Assembly (NCBI GenBank): GCA_964642725.1
Contig: CAZXQG010000005.1
Location: forward strand, 16,597 to 80,596
Origin: an uncultured Chitinophagaceae bacterium
GTDB taxonomy: Bacteria; Bacteroidota; Ignavibacteria; UBA10030; UBA8401
Direction: 5' to 3'
DNA: 64,000 bases
Shown here: positions 31,250-41,492 of the stretch, piece by piece
How the letters are laid out: each line of letters starts with the position of its first letter
Position numbering within the stretch: the first letter of the stretch is position 1
Translations under genes and position numbers: made by a program
Notes under the pieces: generated by a model
Database searches by the model: none
What the model saw: the letters and a program-made list of their open reading frames with translations, nothing else
What the model was told of the DNA's origin: nothing

Positions 31250-32329
31250 ATGTCCGAAGAAAAAGAGTCGAAGATCCAGGCGTTGAAAGTCGCCATCGAT
31301 CAAATTGAAAAGCAGCACGGCAAAGGATCGATCATGAAACTGGGCGAAGGGCCCATCGTGAAGATTGATTTCATTCCGACCGGCTCGATTTCGCTTGATG
31401 CTGCGCTGGGCATCGGCGGAATTCCCCGCGGGAGAGTAACCGAAATTTACGGACCGGAATCGTCCGGTAAGACGACGCTCTGCCTTCACATCATCGCAGA
31501 AGCGCAAAAGACGGGCGGGCTCGCAGCGTTCATCGATGCCGAACACGCGCTCGACACGGCGTACGCAAAGCGCCTCGGCGTCGATACAAATAATTTATTG
31601 TTGTCGCAGCCCGAGTTTGGCGAGCAGGCTCTTGAGATCGTCGAAACGCTCGTCCGAAGCGGCGCGTTGGATGTCGTTGTCATCGATTCTGTCGCAGCGT
31701 TAACGCCGCGCGCGGAGATCGAAGGAGAAATGGGCGACCCCTCAATGGGCGTGCAGGCACGCTTAATGTCCCAGGCGCTAAGGAAACTGACTGCAGCCAT
31801 CAGCAAATCGAAAACATCCGTCATTTTCACCAACCAGCTCAGGATGAAGATTGGCATTATGTTTGGAAACCCTGAAACGACAACCGGCGGCAATGCATTG
31901 AAGTTTTACGCATCGGTTCGGCTCGACGTGAGGCGCATCGAAGCGCTGAAAGACGGCACAAACGTTATCGGCAACAGGACAAAAGTAAAAGTCGTAAAAA
32001 ATAAAGTTGCCCCGCCATTCCGAGAGGCACAGTTTGATATTCTGTACAACGAAGGAATCTCAAAACTCGGAGATTTGATCGATATCGCCGTCGAGCACAA
32101 CATCATCGTAAAAAGCGGGTCATGGTTCTCCTATAAAGAAGACCGCATCGGGCAGGGACGCGATGCCGTAAAGGCGTACCTGACAGCGTCTCCAAAAATC
32201 GCCGAGGAAATTTTTATTGCTGTCCGTAAAAAATTGGGAATGATTCCAGACACCGATACGGCAGCGCCGGCGAAGCAGGCTCCGGCAAAACAAGCCGAGC
32301 AGGCATCCCCGAAAAAGGCAGCGAAATAG
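31250..32329 (+). CDS. recA: Recombinase RecA
   Basis: Walker [10 protein letters not shown] and the [11 protein letters not shown] motif. C-terminal AP/KQ-rich tail. Confidence 0.97.
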   Translation: MSEEKESKIQALKVAIDQIEKQHGKGSIMKLGEGPIVKIDFIPTGSISLDAALGIGGIPRGRVTEIYGPESSGKTTLCLHIIAEAQKTGGLAAFIDAEHALDTAYAKRLGVDTNNLLLSQPEFGEQALEIVETLVRSGALDVVVIDSVAALTPRAEIEGEMGDPSMGVQARLMSQALRKLTAAISKSKTSVIFTNQLRMKIGIMFGNPETTTGGNALKFYASVRLDVRRIEALKDGTNVIGNRTKVKVVKNKVAPPFREAQFDILYNEGISKLGDLIDIAVEHNIIVKSGSWFSYKEDRIGQGRDAVKAYLTASPKIAEEIFIAVRKKLGMIPDTDTAAPAKQAPAKQAEQASPKKAAK

Positions 32330-32345
32330 AATCCGTCGAAGCGCG

Positions 32346-32984
32346 ATGCGCATTACGAAAATACAGCGGCAAAAGAAACGAGCGTCGCGGAAGTCGGTGT
32401 TTATCGACGGGAGTTTTGCTTTTGGCGTCAGCGATGATGTGCTTCTTAAATTTGCACTGCACGAAGGGGCTGAACTCGATCAGGGGACAATAGACCAAAT
32501 TCTTGAAACCGAGGACGAAGAGACGGCAAAGCAGAAAACACTTCGGTTTCTCTCCATCCGGCCTCGCAGCAAGAAAGAGATCCGTGACTATTTGTTCAGA
32601 AAAGAATTCTCGGCCGACATCGCAGAAAAAGTCGTCCGGCGGTTAGAAGCACTGAACATGCTCGACGACCTCGCATTCGCGCGCATGGTTTGCCGGGATG
32701 CCATAGCGAAAAAACCGGCTGGTGCGAAATTACTCCGGCAGGGACTAATGAAAAAAGGCGTTCCCGGTCCGATCATAGAATCCGTCCTTCCCGAATTTTC
32801 GACGCCCGAGTTGGAACTCCAAATGGCGCTTAAAGCGGCAGAACGCCAAAGCGTGCGGATCGGACGTTCATCAAAGCAACTCGACAGCGATCATTTTAGA
32901 AAGAAGATAGTCGACTATTTAATACGACGCGGCTTTACATTTGACACTGCATTGAGCGCGACCAGACAACTCCTTTCGAAATAG
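32346..32984 (+). CDS. recX: RecA regulator RecX
   Basis: Triple-helical-repeat RecX family, immediately downstream of recA. Confidence 0.85.
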   Translation: MRITKIQRQKKRASRKSVFIDGSFAFGVSDDVLLKFALHEGAELDQGTIDQILETEDEETAKQKTLRFLSIRPRSKKEIRDYLFRKEFSADIAEKVVRRLEALNMLDDLAFARMVCRDAIAKKPAGAKLLRQGLMKKGVPGPIIESVLPEFSTPELELQMALKAAERQSVRIGRSSKQLDSDHFRKKIVDYLIRRGFTFDTALSATRQLLSK

Positions 32985-32986
32985 TT

Positions 32987-34033
32987 ATGCACAAATTCTT
33001 TAGAAGCCGGCACTGGAAAGTTTTTCTCGTTACGTTCGGTATCACCGGATCGATTTTTGCTCTTTCCCTTCTTGGCCAAGTGTTCCTCCTGCTCACGATG
33101 TCGTTTATACTGACGATGGTCCTGAAACCGCTCGTCGATTACCTGGAGAACAACGGAATTCCGAGACCGGCAGGAATTCTTGCAATGTATGTCATCATCG
33201 GCGGAATTCTTGTCTTTGCATTGATCAACGTCTATCCAATTGTTATTCTTCAATTATCAAGCCTCTCTTCGTTGATGAACAGCGAGCATCTTTCGGCATT
33301 GCTGAAACAGATGGCTGCCTCAATCTCGGATAAAATCCCTTTTATCAAAGCAGACATTATTCTCAAGAAGCTGAATACTCTCCTTCCCGAATTAGCCAAA
33401 ACGGCGGAAGATTCCCTGACAAGCGCTCTCAGTCTTGTTGCATCCTTCATTATTGTCCCGTTCATCACATTCTTTCTGCTTAACGATTATTATAAAATGC
33501 AGAAGGCGTTGATTGAAAACGTCCCCAATAAATATTTTGAGATGGCGTTGAACGTCGTTCACACGCTCGATCGTCAAATCAGCAAGTACATTCGCGGCGT
33601 CTGTATCGATTCGCTTGCAGTGGCAATTCTATACATCATCGCATATTACATTATCGGTGTTCAATACGCGACCCTGCTCGGACTGGTAGGTGGAATTGCA
33701 AATATCATCCCGTTGGCAGGGCCTGTTATCGGCGCGATTCCAGTCATGATTGTGTCAATTATTCAATTCGGCGATTTTCGAATGATCATACCGATCGTGA
33801 TTTCAACCGTCGTCGTGCGGCAGCTGGACGATATTTTCGTCCAACCGAACCTCTACGGCAGGCTACTCAACATGCATCCGTTGACGATTCTTATCGTCAT
33901 TCTCTTAGGAGGCGAAATGCTGGGGATTCTGGGAATGGTGCTGGCAATTCCGGTTTACACGGTTATTACGGTAACAGCACGTGAAACAAACTGGGGACTC
34001 AAAAACTATCGGATCACGGAGTCCAATGGATAA
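32987..34033 (+). CDS. AI-2E family transporter (UPF0118/PerM)
   Basis: About 8 transmembrane helices with the conserved IPxxGxxIG...FGxxGxxLAIP pattern. Confidence 0.85.
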   Translation: MHKFFRSRHWKVFLVTFGITGSIFALSLLGQVFLLLTMSFILTMVLKPLVDYLENNGIPRPAGILAMYVIIGGILVFALINVYPIVILQLSSLSSLMNSEHLSALLKQMAASISDKIPFIKADIILKKLNTLLPELAKTAEDSLTSALSLVASFIIVPFITFFLLNDYYKMQKALIENVPNKYFEMALNVVHTLDRQISKYIRGVCIDSLAVAILYIIAYYIIGVQYATLLGLVGGIANIIPLAGPVIGAIPVMIVSIIQFGDFRMIIPIVISTVVVRQLDDIFVQPNLYGRLLNMHPLTILIVILLGGEMLGILGMVLAIPVYTVITVTARETNWGLKNYRITESNG

Positions 34034-35066
34034 TTTTTTTACAAGCCGGTATTGGAAAGTATTTGTCGTTACTTTCGCCATCGCTGCGCCGATATTTATC
34101 CTCTCGCTGTTCGGAGAAATTTTTCTTCTCCTTGTGCTGTCGCTTGCCATGACGATGATCCTGAAACCCCTTGTTGATTTCTTTGAAAAAAAAGGTTTAC
34201 CCCGGGCCGTCGGAATACTTGTCCTCTATCTTGTTATCGGTTCTCTATCGTTCGGCGGCTTCCTGACGGTATATCCCGTTATCGTGCGTCAGATTACAAA
34301 TATTGCAGTGTTCGTAACAGGAGACCGCCTCAACCTTGTGTTAAACCAGCTCAGTTCATCGATAACAGGGAGTCTCCCTTTTCTCAAATCAAGCGATTTA
34401 ATGACAAAAATTGAGACAACGCTCCCTGTCCTTGCAACCAAGGCCGAAGGCGCAATGACAAGCGCACTCGGCATAGCCGGATCGTTCATCATTGTCCCGT
34501 TCATAACCTTCTTCTTGCTGAACGACTATGACCGAATGCAGAAAGCGTTCATCGAAAACATACCGAACAAATATTTCGAAATGTCGCTGAATGTGATCTA
34601 TAAACTCGAACAACAACTCGGCAAGTACATCAGGGGAGTGTGCATCGAATTGATGTCCGTAGCACTCCTCTACATCGGCGCATATTCGATCCTTGGGTTT
34701 CGATACGCCATAATTTTTGGCATGGTGTGCGGATTCTCGAATATTATTCCGATGGCCGGCCCATTGATCGCCGCGGTACCAATCATCGTCGCCTCGCTGA
34801 TTCAGTTTGGCGACTTTCGCATGCTGCTTCCGATCGTTCTCACGACATTCGTCGTTCAGCAAATCGACCAAATGTTTATCCAGCCGAACGTGTACGGGAA
34901 AATCCTGGATATGCATCCTTTGACTATCGTGCTTACCATCCTTATCGGCAGCGAGTTGCTCGGAATACTCGGGATGGTGCTTGCAATTCCGATCTTCACC
35001 GTTATCAAAGTTACTGCTCGAGAAACTAACTGGGGGTTAAAACATTATAGGATCACACGCTCATGA
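34026..35066 (+). CDS. AI-2E family transporter, tandem paralog
   Basis: About 55-60% identical to the upstream paralog over the full length. Start at MDNFFTSRYW overlaps the upstream stop by 8 bp. Confidence 0.85.
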   Translation: MDNFFTSRYWKVFVVTFAIAAPIFILSLFGEIFLLLVLSLAMTMILKPLVDFFEKKGLPRAVGILVLYLVIGSLSFGGFLTVYPVIVRQITNIAVFVTGDRLNLVLNQLSSSITGSLPFLKSSDLMTKIETTLPVLATKAEGAMTSALGIAGSFIIVPFITFFLLNDYDRMQKAFIENIPNKYFEMSLNVIYKLEQQLGKYIRGVCIELMSVALLYIGAYSILGFRYAIIFGMVCGFSNIIPMAGPLIAAVPIIVASLIQFGDFRMLLPIVLTTFVVQQIDQMFIQPNVYGKILDMHPLTIVLTILIGSELLGILGMVLAIPIFTVIKVTARETNWGLKHYRITRS

Positions 35067-35746
35067 CACGCGTCGTCTTTGATATCGAAACGCTTGCCCT
35101 CCCGCTCGATTCGTTCGACCAACCGACGCGGGAATATCTTTTTAAGTTCGCCGACACGGAGGAAAAAATTGAAGAAGCAAAACAGAACTTGAACCTTCAC
35201 GCGCTCACTTCTCAGATTGTGGCAATTGCTCTTTTGAATCCGGATACAAACATGGGGAAAGTGCTCTTTCAATCGGATTCAAAAGAAGAGTTCACCGCTG
35301 CGGACGGCCTTGTGCAATACAAATCCGGATCGGAAAAAGAAATCCTCGAAGCGTTCTGGAAACTGATTGCATCATACCACCAATTCATTACCTTCAACGG
35401 CCGGGGATTCGATTGTCCCTTCCTGATGGTCCGATCGGCGCTCTTAAACGTCCAGCCGACACGAAACCTTGTTCCCTACCGGTACGATGCGAGTCAGCAC
35501 TGCGACCTTTTGGAACAGCTCACGTACTACAATACTACGCGCAGATTCAGCCTTGATTTTTATTGCAAATCGTTCGGCATCGACAGTCCGAAAGCTCACG
35601 GGATCACCGGGCTTGATATGGGAAAGCTGGTCGAAGAAAAGCGATTTCATGACATTGCTGAGTATTGCCTCGGCGACGCCCGGGCAACAGCGGAGTTGTT
35701 CAGACGATGGAGTCAATACCTCGACTTTAGCAAAAATAGTTCTTGA
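35063..35746 (+). CDS. RNase H-like 3'-5' exonuclease domain protein (PolB-exo/YprB-like)
   Basis: DIETL acidic motif at the N-terminus, plus later FNG..FD and Y...D motifs typical of DEDDy-type exonuclease folds. Confidence 0.5.
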   Translation: MTRVVFDIETLALPLDSFDQPTREYLFKFADTEEKIEEAKQNLNLHALTSQIVAIALLNPDTNMGKVLFQSDSKEEFTAADGLVQYKSGSEKEILEAFWKLIASYHQFITFNGRGFDCPFLMVRSALLNVQPTRNLVPYRYDASQHCDLLEQLTYYNTTRRFSLDFYCKSFGIDSPKAHGITGLDMGKLVEEKRFHDIAEYCLGDARATAELFRRWSQYLDFSKNSS

Positions 35747-35801
35747 CAGGAGCAACTTTTTTTGTTAGTTTTACGTATCAAACTTAGTTGATGGATAAAG
35801 T

Positions 35802-36146
35802 ATGGTCGAAGTAACCACAGCACTTAAAGCGTTGTCAGAAGAAATTCGAATCAGGCTGCTCCTCGTACTATTACATGAGGAAGCGTGCGTCTGCGAACTC
35901 ATGGCAACGTTTAATATGGCTCAGTCAAAGCTCTCTCATCATTTGATTGCTCTTCGCGATGCTGGATTCATCAAAGATGAAAAAAGAGGAAAATGGAATT
36001 ACTATCGGATCGATACGAACAGCCTCGACCCGATGAAAAAAGAACTTCTCTCTTCACTCACTGGCTGGGTTGACGATGATTCGATCATTGAGAAAGATCG
36101 ATTGACGCTCGAAAAAGTAAAGAACAAAATGCAGATCTGCTGCTAA
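35802..36146 (+). CDS. arsR: ArsR/SmtB family transcriptional repressor
   Basis: Winged helix-turn-helix with the metalloid-binding motif EACVCEL. Confidence 0.8.
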   Translation: MVEVTTALKALSEEIRIRLLLVLLHEEACVCELMATFNMAQSKLSHHLIALRDAGFIKDEKRGKWNYYRIDTNSLDPMKKELLSSLTGWVDDDSIIEKDRLTLEKVKNKMQICC

Positions 36147-36194
36147 TTTTTTTGAATTAACATATCAACAATAATTGATGAAAGGATTTTCCTC

Positions 36195-36974
36195 ATGAAT
36201 ACCGACCTGGAAATTAAAGAAAACGTTAAGGAGAAGTATTCACAGATAGCAAAGGGCCAGATTTCTGTTATTGCCACGAAAACTTCCTCCTGCGGTTCGG
36301 GGCAGAGTTCTTGCTGCGGAACCGGCTCCGAATCCCTGGTGCAGATGTCGTTGGACTACCATCCAGAGGATCTTTCAAACTTGCCGGAAGGGGCTGACTT
36401 GGGGCTTGGCTGCGGTGTTCCGACTGCGTTTGCTGATTTGAAAGAGGGGTATACGGTTCTTGACCTCGGTTCCGGCGCCGGCATTGATGTATTCATCGCG
36501 GCCCGGCATGTTGGCATTACTGGAAAGGCCATCGGCGTCGATATGACAGAGGCAATGATCGATAAGGCAAAAATCAACGCGAAGAAAATCAATGCAACAA
36601 ACGTCGAATTCCGGCTCGGCGAAATCGAGGCATTGCCGGTTGAAAACGCTTCTGTTGACCGCGTCATCAGTAACTGCGTGATCAATCTTGTGCCAAACAA
36701 GGAGAACGCATTCCGGGAAATCTATCGCGTCCTGAAACCGGGAGGCAAATTCACCGTGTCCGATATCGTTGTTGATGGCGCCATTTCCGTGGAAGAAAGA
36801 AACAACGCCGCATTGTGGGCAGGATGTATCAGCGGGGCGATCGACAGAAACGAATACATCGCGATCATTAAAAACGCGGGTTTCAAGAATGTTGACATCG
36901 TCTCTGAAAAACATTACGATTACAAGCTCGACAATGCGCGTTTGAATTCGATAACCATTTCCGGGACAAAATGA
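36195..36974 (+). CDS. arsM: Arsenite S-adenosylmethionine methyltransferase
   Basis: SAM-methyltransferase motif VLDLGSGAG plus conserved Cys clusters (SSCGSGQSSCCG, GLGCGVP, NCVINL) typical of ArsM. Confidence 0.85.
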   Translation: MNTDLEIKENVKEKYSQIAKGQISVIATKTSSCGSGQSSCCGTGSESLVQMSLDYHPEDLSNLPEGADLGLGCGVPTAFADLKEGYTVLDLGSGAGIDVFIAARHVGITGKAIGVDMTEAMIDKAKINAKKINATNVEFRLGEIEALPVENASVDRVISNCVINLVPNKENAFREIYRVLKPGGKFTVSDIVVDGAISVEERNNAALWAGCISGAIDRNEYIAIIKNAGFKNVDIVSEKHYDYKLDNARLNSITISGTK

Positions 36975-37402
36975 AACCGAAGATTCTCATTCTCTGCACT
37001 GGCAATTCCTGCCGAAGTCAAATGGCCGAGGGATTTCTGAAGTCATTGGATCCTTCACTTCATGTCTTTTCAGCGGGAACCAACCCCGCGGCGCGCGTCC
37101 ATCCGCTCGCCTCAAAAGTGATGAAAGAAGTCGGTATAGACATCGGCGGCAATAAACCAAAGGATGTCGAGGAGTTTATCAACGATTCTTTCGATTACGT
37201 AATTACAGTTTGCGATAATGCGAAAGAAACATGCCCTGTCTTCATTGGAAAGGTTCATCATAGATTACATATGGGATTCGACGATCCTGCTGAAGCCGTC
37301 GGAACGGAAGAAGAAGTTGCGGCTGTGTTCCGGCGTGTTCGTGATGAAATAAGAAAAACGTTCACCAGATTCAATGAACAGAAGATCACAAAGGCATCAT
37401 AG
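36971..37402 (+). CDS. arsC: Arsenate reductase, LMW-PTP (thioredoxin-coupled) type
   Basis: P-loop ILILCTGNSCRSQMAEG with downstream Cys residues. Confidence 0.85.
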   Translation: MKPKILILCTGNSCRSQMAEGFLKSLDPSLHVFSAGTNPAARVHPLASKVMKEVGIDIGGNKPKDVEEFINDSFDYVITVCDNAKETCPVFIGKVHHRLHMGFDDPAEAVGTEEEVAAVFRRVRDEIRKTFTRFNEQKITKAS

Positions 37403-37499
37403 AGCAATTTGACAATCCATCATTAACAACATTAACAACGGAAGGCCCTTTGGGAAAGAAACAATTCTGTTTGCTTGCGTCCACATAGGATAAGAACTC

Positions 37500-38537
37500 A
37501 TGGACAACATACGCAAGCAACTCTCACTGATTGATCGATACCTGACGCTTTGGATTTTTCTAGCCATGGGCTTAGGTGTCGGGCTTGGATCATCGTTGCC
37601 CCGCATAGCGGATTTCTGGGACTCGTTAAGCTCCGGAACAACAAACATTCCGATCGCTATCGGGCTCATCCTGATGATGTATCCGCCCCTGGCGAAAGTA
37701 AAGTACGAAGAACTCGGCGATGTGTTCAAGAATAGAAAAGTGCTTCTCCTCTCGCTTATTCAAAATTGGCTCGTCGGCCCGGTGTTAATGTTTCTTCTCG
37801 CAATAATATTTCTGCATGGATATCCAGAATTCATGGCCGGACTGATCATAATTGGCCTGGCTCGCTGCATTGCCATGGTCATTGTATGGAACGAACTCGC
37901 TCAAGGCGATACGGAATACGCTGCAGGCCTTGTCGCGTTCAATTCGATCTTTCAAGTTCTTTTCTTCCCTCTGTATGCCTACTTGTTTCTGACGATCTTC
38001 CCTTCGTGGTTTGGGCTGCAGACATTCGTCGTCAATATCACCATCACCCAAATTGCAAAGAGTGTTTTCATCTATCTCGGCATTCCATTCTTAGCCGGAA
38101 TGATCACGCGATTCATACTGCTGAAACTGAAAAGTAAAGAGTGGTATCAAGAAACATTCATACCGAGAATTTCTCCCATCACGCTTATCGCTCTTTTGTT
38201 CACGATCGTTGTGATGTTCTCTCTCAAAGGAGAATACATACTTAAAATTCCGCTTGACGTTGTTCGCATTGCGATCCCCCTTATTGTCTATTTCGTCACA
38301 ATGTTCGGCATTTCATTCTATCTTGGGAGAAAGAGCGGGGCGGGATACGCAAAGTCAGCGACGCTATCTTTCACAGCAGCAAGTAATAATTTTGAATTAG
38401 CGATCGCTGTTTCTATTGCCGTATTTGGAATTCATTCCGGTGTGGCATTTGCAGCGGTGATTGGTCCCTTGGTTGAAGTGCCGGTGTTGATATCGCTTGT
38501 AAACGTGTCGTTGAGATTGAAGAAGAAATATTATTAA
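37500..38537 (+). CDS. acr3: ACR3 family arsenite efflux transporter
   Basis: About 10 transmembrane helices and the conserved ACR3 N-terminus ([19 protein letters not shown]...[16 protein letters not shown]). Confidence 0.9.
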   Translation: MDNIRKQLSLIDRYLTLWIFLAMGLGVGLGSSLPRIADFWDSLSSGTTNIPIAIGLILMMYPPLAKVKYEELGDVFKNRKVLLLSLIQNWLVGPVLMFLLAIIFLHGYPEFMAGLIIIGLARCIAMVIVWNELAQGDTEYAAGLVAFNSIFQVLFFPLYAYLFLTIFPSWFGLQTFVVNITITQIAKSVFIYLGIPFLAGMITRFILLKLKSKEWYQETFIPRISPITLIALLFTIVVMFSLKGEYILKIPLDVVRIAIPLIVYFVTMFGISFYLGRKSGAGYAKSATLSFTAASNNFELAIAVSIAVFGIHSGVAFAAVIGPLVEVPVLISLVNVSLRLKKKYY

Positions 38538-38670
38538 CATGACAATTGTCCACTCGCACACTCAGTCTTCTCTTCTGCGGTAAGCTGCATGCCTTCGCAG
38601 TATGGCAATTCTTCCCTTTCACTCTGTGCAATCTTAATAACCAGGATGATACAATAAGAAAAATTCATAA

Positions 38671-38708
38671 ACTCTCAAACAAAAAAGCCTCTCATAGACT
38701 GAGAGGCT
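38671..38708. terminator. Bidirectional Rho-independent terminator between acr3 and bioY
   Basis: AAAAAA-gcctctca-tagac-tgagaggc-TTTTTGTTTT. The A/T flanks allow termination in both directions. Confidence 0.6.
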
Positions 38709-38731
38709 TTTTGTTTTGCCAAAGAGCTTTT

Positions 38732-39340
38732 CTATGCAGGGAGCTTCCTATATCGTCTCGCAAACTCATTGTAGATCGCTGCTGCTGCTGAAAGCTTCAA
38801 CAAATCCCACCATGAAAAAATCAAAAATCCGCTGACAAGCGACTCCTCAAAATTATGGAGGTAAAAAAGATTCAGAAATGTTGCCCCGCTCGCAAAAACT
38901 ACAACAAGTCCTAAGAACATTACTGCGAAAGTCCACAAATATCCGGAACGGATTTGAATAAGATGTCCCACCAAGAGCGCCGCGATCGGGAAACTGAGCA
39001 GGTATCCTCCCGACGGCCCAATCATTCGCGCGAAGCCAAAACTGCCGCCAAAAAAAACAGGCGCGCCGGCCATTCCAATGCCCAAGTACAACAGTTGGCT
39101 CAACGATCCGTTGCGGCCTCCCAGGAATGCAGCTCCCAGCAGAACAAAAAATGTTTGCAACGTATATGGAACAGGTTGATGGGGAATCTCAGCTTGCGCT
39201 CCAAGAGCAGTCAGCGCAGCAAATACTACAATCCACACAGCCTGAACGAGGATGGTTGATTTTTCTCCCGTCAACGGCAATACCGTCGCACGTTGGAAAA
39301 ATGGACCTGTTGTTTCCATCATGTCTCCTACTATTATCAC
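38732..39340 (-). CDS. bioY: Biotin transporter BioY
   Basis: BioY family 5-6 transmembrane pattern with GAPVFFGG...GPSGGYLLSFP. Confidence 0.85.
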   Translation of the reverse strand: MIIVGDMMETTGPFFQRATVLPLTGEKSTILVQAVWIVVFAALTALGAQAEIPHQPVPYTLQTFFVLLGAAFLGGRNGSLSQLLYLGIGMAGAPVFFGGSFGFARMIGPSGGYLLSFPIAALLVGHLIQIRSGYLWTFAVMFLGLVVVFASGATFLNLFYLHNFEESLVSGFLIFSWWDLLKLSAAAAIYNEFARRYRKLPA

Positions 39341-40197
39341 AAATGTTTATGAAACCAGGCGGAAGTTAATTCGAGAACTCGATTCATGGCCGGAGCCGGT
39401 TTTGTATACGGATGCCGCGCTCCATACATATGGCCAATTCCATCCAGAAGGATGAGATCAGTCAGCGTCTTATCTGAAACATCGTAGAGGCTTTTTACTT
39501 CTTCAATCGGAACCGGAATGTCGTTGGTTCCATGGATCAAAAGCAGCGGTTTCCTCAGATCGTGCACTGCCTGCTTTATATTTAGTCTCTCCCCATTTTT
39601 CTCAAGATCGTCGAGCAAGTCCGTCCGTAATCTGAACAAACTCTCTGGGTTAATGGACGGAAGTCCGACATACCCTTTTTCCCGCCACCGCTTTCGCTGT
39701 CCTTCTGTATACCGGTTAAAATACGAAACCGTCGACCATCCCGCAACGGCTTTGATTCTCTCATCTTCTTGAGCTTTGATGATCGCAATTCCGCCGCCCC
39801 GGGAATGGCCTGCAATTCCGATCTTCGATTTGTCGATAATTGGACAATCAATTCGCCCCGTCGAAATTCCGTCCAGAATTGCTGCAACATCATCCAGCTC
39901 AAGGCTGAATGTATTGATTGAAAACTTTTCCCGTTCCGAAAACTTCCTGAAATTTTTCCCGATGCCATTATGAGAGAAATTGAAAACGATGGAGACAAAA
40001 CCGGCTTCGGCAAAATACCGGCCTATCGCAGGAAACGGCCCCCAATCTTTGAACGCTTTGAAGCCGTGGCAAACGATGACAACGGCCAATTTTCCGCCTG
40101 CAGTTTCCGGCGCCTCTTTTCTCCACCTGATGTCCCCGTACAATTCAACTTCCGAGGACGTTGAAATTTGGAATACACGTTCAATGATTTCATCCAT
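39337..40197 (-). CDS. Alpha/beta-fold hydrolase (dienelactone-hydrolase/peptidase S9-like)
   Basis: Nucleophile elbow GHSRGG and a late His in LIHGTNDIPVP. Confidence 0.75.
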   Translation of the reverse strand: MDEIIERVFQISTSSEVELYGDIRWRKEAPETAGGKLAVVIVCHGFKAFKDWGPFPAIGRYFAEAGFVSIVFNFSHNGIGKNFRKFSEREKFSINTFSLELDDVAAILDGISTGRIDCPIIDKSKIGIAGHSRGGGIAIIKAQEDERIKAVAGWSTVSYFNRYTEGQRKRWREKGYVGLPSINPESLFRLRTDLLDDLEKNGERLNIKQAVHDLRKPLLLIHGTNDIPVPIEEVKSLYDVSDKTLTDLILLDGIGHMYGARHPYTKPAPAMNRVLELTSAWFHKHL

Positions 40198-40383
40198 AGA
40201 AAACCACTAAGAAAATAGCCAACAGTCGAGTGAATGTCAAGAAAGGGATCCTTGAGCGGCCCCTCTTGTGCAGGCTTCAGCGATGCATTAGTTTCATGAT
40301 CAAAGCTCAAACACTATCGCGATGTGTATTTACAATATGCCTAGGGTCATGGTACCGCTCAAAATCTCCCCTTCAAAAAATTA

Positions 40384-40412
40384 TTGACTCTTTTCGCGGT
40401 ATTGCTTATATT
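40384..40412 (+). promoter_or_regulatory. Sigma70-like promoter (TTGACT-17-TATATT) upstream of prs, with an ~100-nt leader
   Basis: Hexamers with 17-bp spacing sit about 105 bp upstream of the prs ATG. Confidence 0.35.
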
Positions 40413-40517
40413 TATAGGCTTAAAAGAAATGCTATTGAGAGTCTCCCGCCGTTGCGGGGCCAAGAAACCGGCCAGCTGAGCCGATACTCCAGTTCGTTCT
40501 TACGAAGTGAACCTCTC

Positions 40518-41471
40518 ATGTATCGATTAAGAGTTTTTTCCGGCAGGGCAAACCCCCAGTTGGCAGAACAGATTTCGAAAAATCTGGGCGAGGAATTGGG
40601 CAAACTGGATATTCGGAACTTTAGCGACGGCGAACTTTGGGTCAAGTTCATTGACAATGTCCGCGGTGCCGACGTCTACATCATACAGCCGACGAATCCG
40701 CCCGGGGACAATTTAATGGAGCTTTTGCTGACGATCGACGCTGCGAAACGCGCCTCCGCGCGAAAGGTGACGGCCGTTATCCCGTATTTTGGCTACGCAC
40801 GTCAGGATCGTAAGGATCAGCCGCGTGTGGCGATCACGGCAAAGCTCGTTGCTAATTTGTTGACGGAAGCAGGCGCCGACAGAATTATTACTATGGATTT
40901 GCATGCGCCGCAGATCCAGGGATTCTTTGATATACCCGTTGACCATTTATATTCCTCCGTGGTCTTTGTTGATTACTATCGGAAGAAAAAGATTCCCGAT
41001 TTGACCGTCGTGTCCCCCGATGTGGGCGGAATCAAAATGGCCCGGGCATATGCAAAAAGGCTGGAAGCCGACTTGGTGTTGATCGATAAGCGCCGGCCGG
41101 CCCCAAACGAAGTTGAAGTCATGAACATCGTAGGCGAGGTCAAAGGAAGAAACGTCCTTATCGTTGACGATTTGATTGATACCGCAGGAACATTTACCAG
41201 CGCAGTCAAGACCCTGAAGGATGCCGGTGCAAAGGATGTGTACGGAGCGTGTACACACCCGATCCTTTCAGGAAAGGCAATGGATCGCATTAACGGCTCC
41301 CAAATTTCCAAATTGCTCGTGACGGACACTATTCAGCTGAAGCAATCATCTTCGAGAATCGAAGTCATGTCCGTCGCAAAGATTTTTGCCGAAGCCATTC
41401 ATCGCTCCTTCGACAACAAATCCATCAGTTCGCTTTTTGACGTTGATAAAGATAAAACCCAGGACGATTAG
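40518..41471 (+). CDS. prs: Ribose-phosphate pyrophosphokinase
   Basis: PRPP synthetase motifs (DGE, PYFGYARQDRK, VDDLIDTAGT). True start at MYRLRVFSG; the longer ORF from 40230 is read-through. Confidence 0.9.
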   Translation: MYRLRVFSGRANPQLAEQISKNLGEELGKLDIRNFSDGELWVKFIDNVRGADVYIIQPTNPPGDNLMELLLTIDAAKRASARKVTAVIPYFGYARQDRKDQPRVAITAKLVANLLTEAGADRIITMDLHAPQIQGFFDIPVDHLYSSVVFVDYYRKKKIPDLTVVSPDVGGIKMARAYAKRLEADLVLIDKRRPAPNEVEVMNIVGEVKGRNVLIVDDLIDTAGTFTSAVKTLKDAGAKDVYGACTHPILSGKAMDRINGSQISKLLVTDTIQLKQSSSRIEVMSVAKIFAEAIHRSFDNKSISSLFDVDKDKTQDD

Positions 41472-41492
41472 TTTTTCTAAAAGGAGTAAGAT

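Noticed and set aside
40230-40517. 5' extension of the prs ORF
   Set aside because: The extension (MNVKKGILER...) has no PRPP-synthetase similarity and runs through the predicted promoter and leader. Homology begins at MYRLRVFSG.
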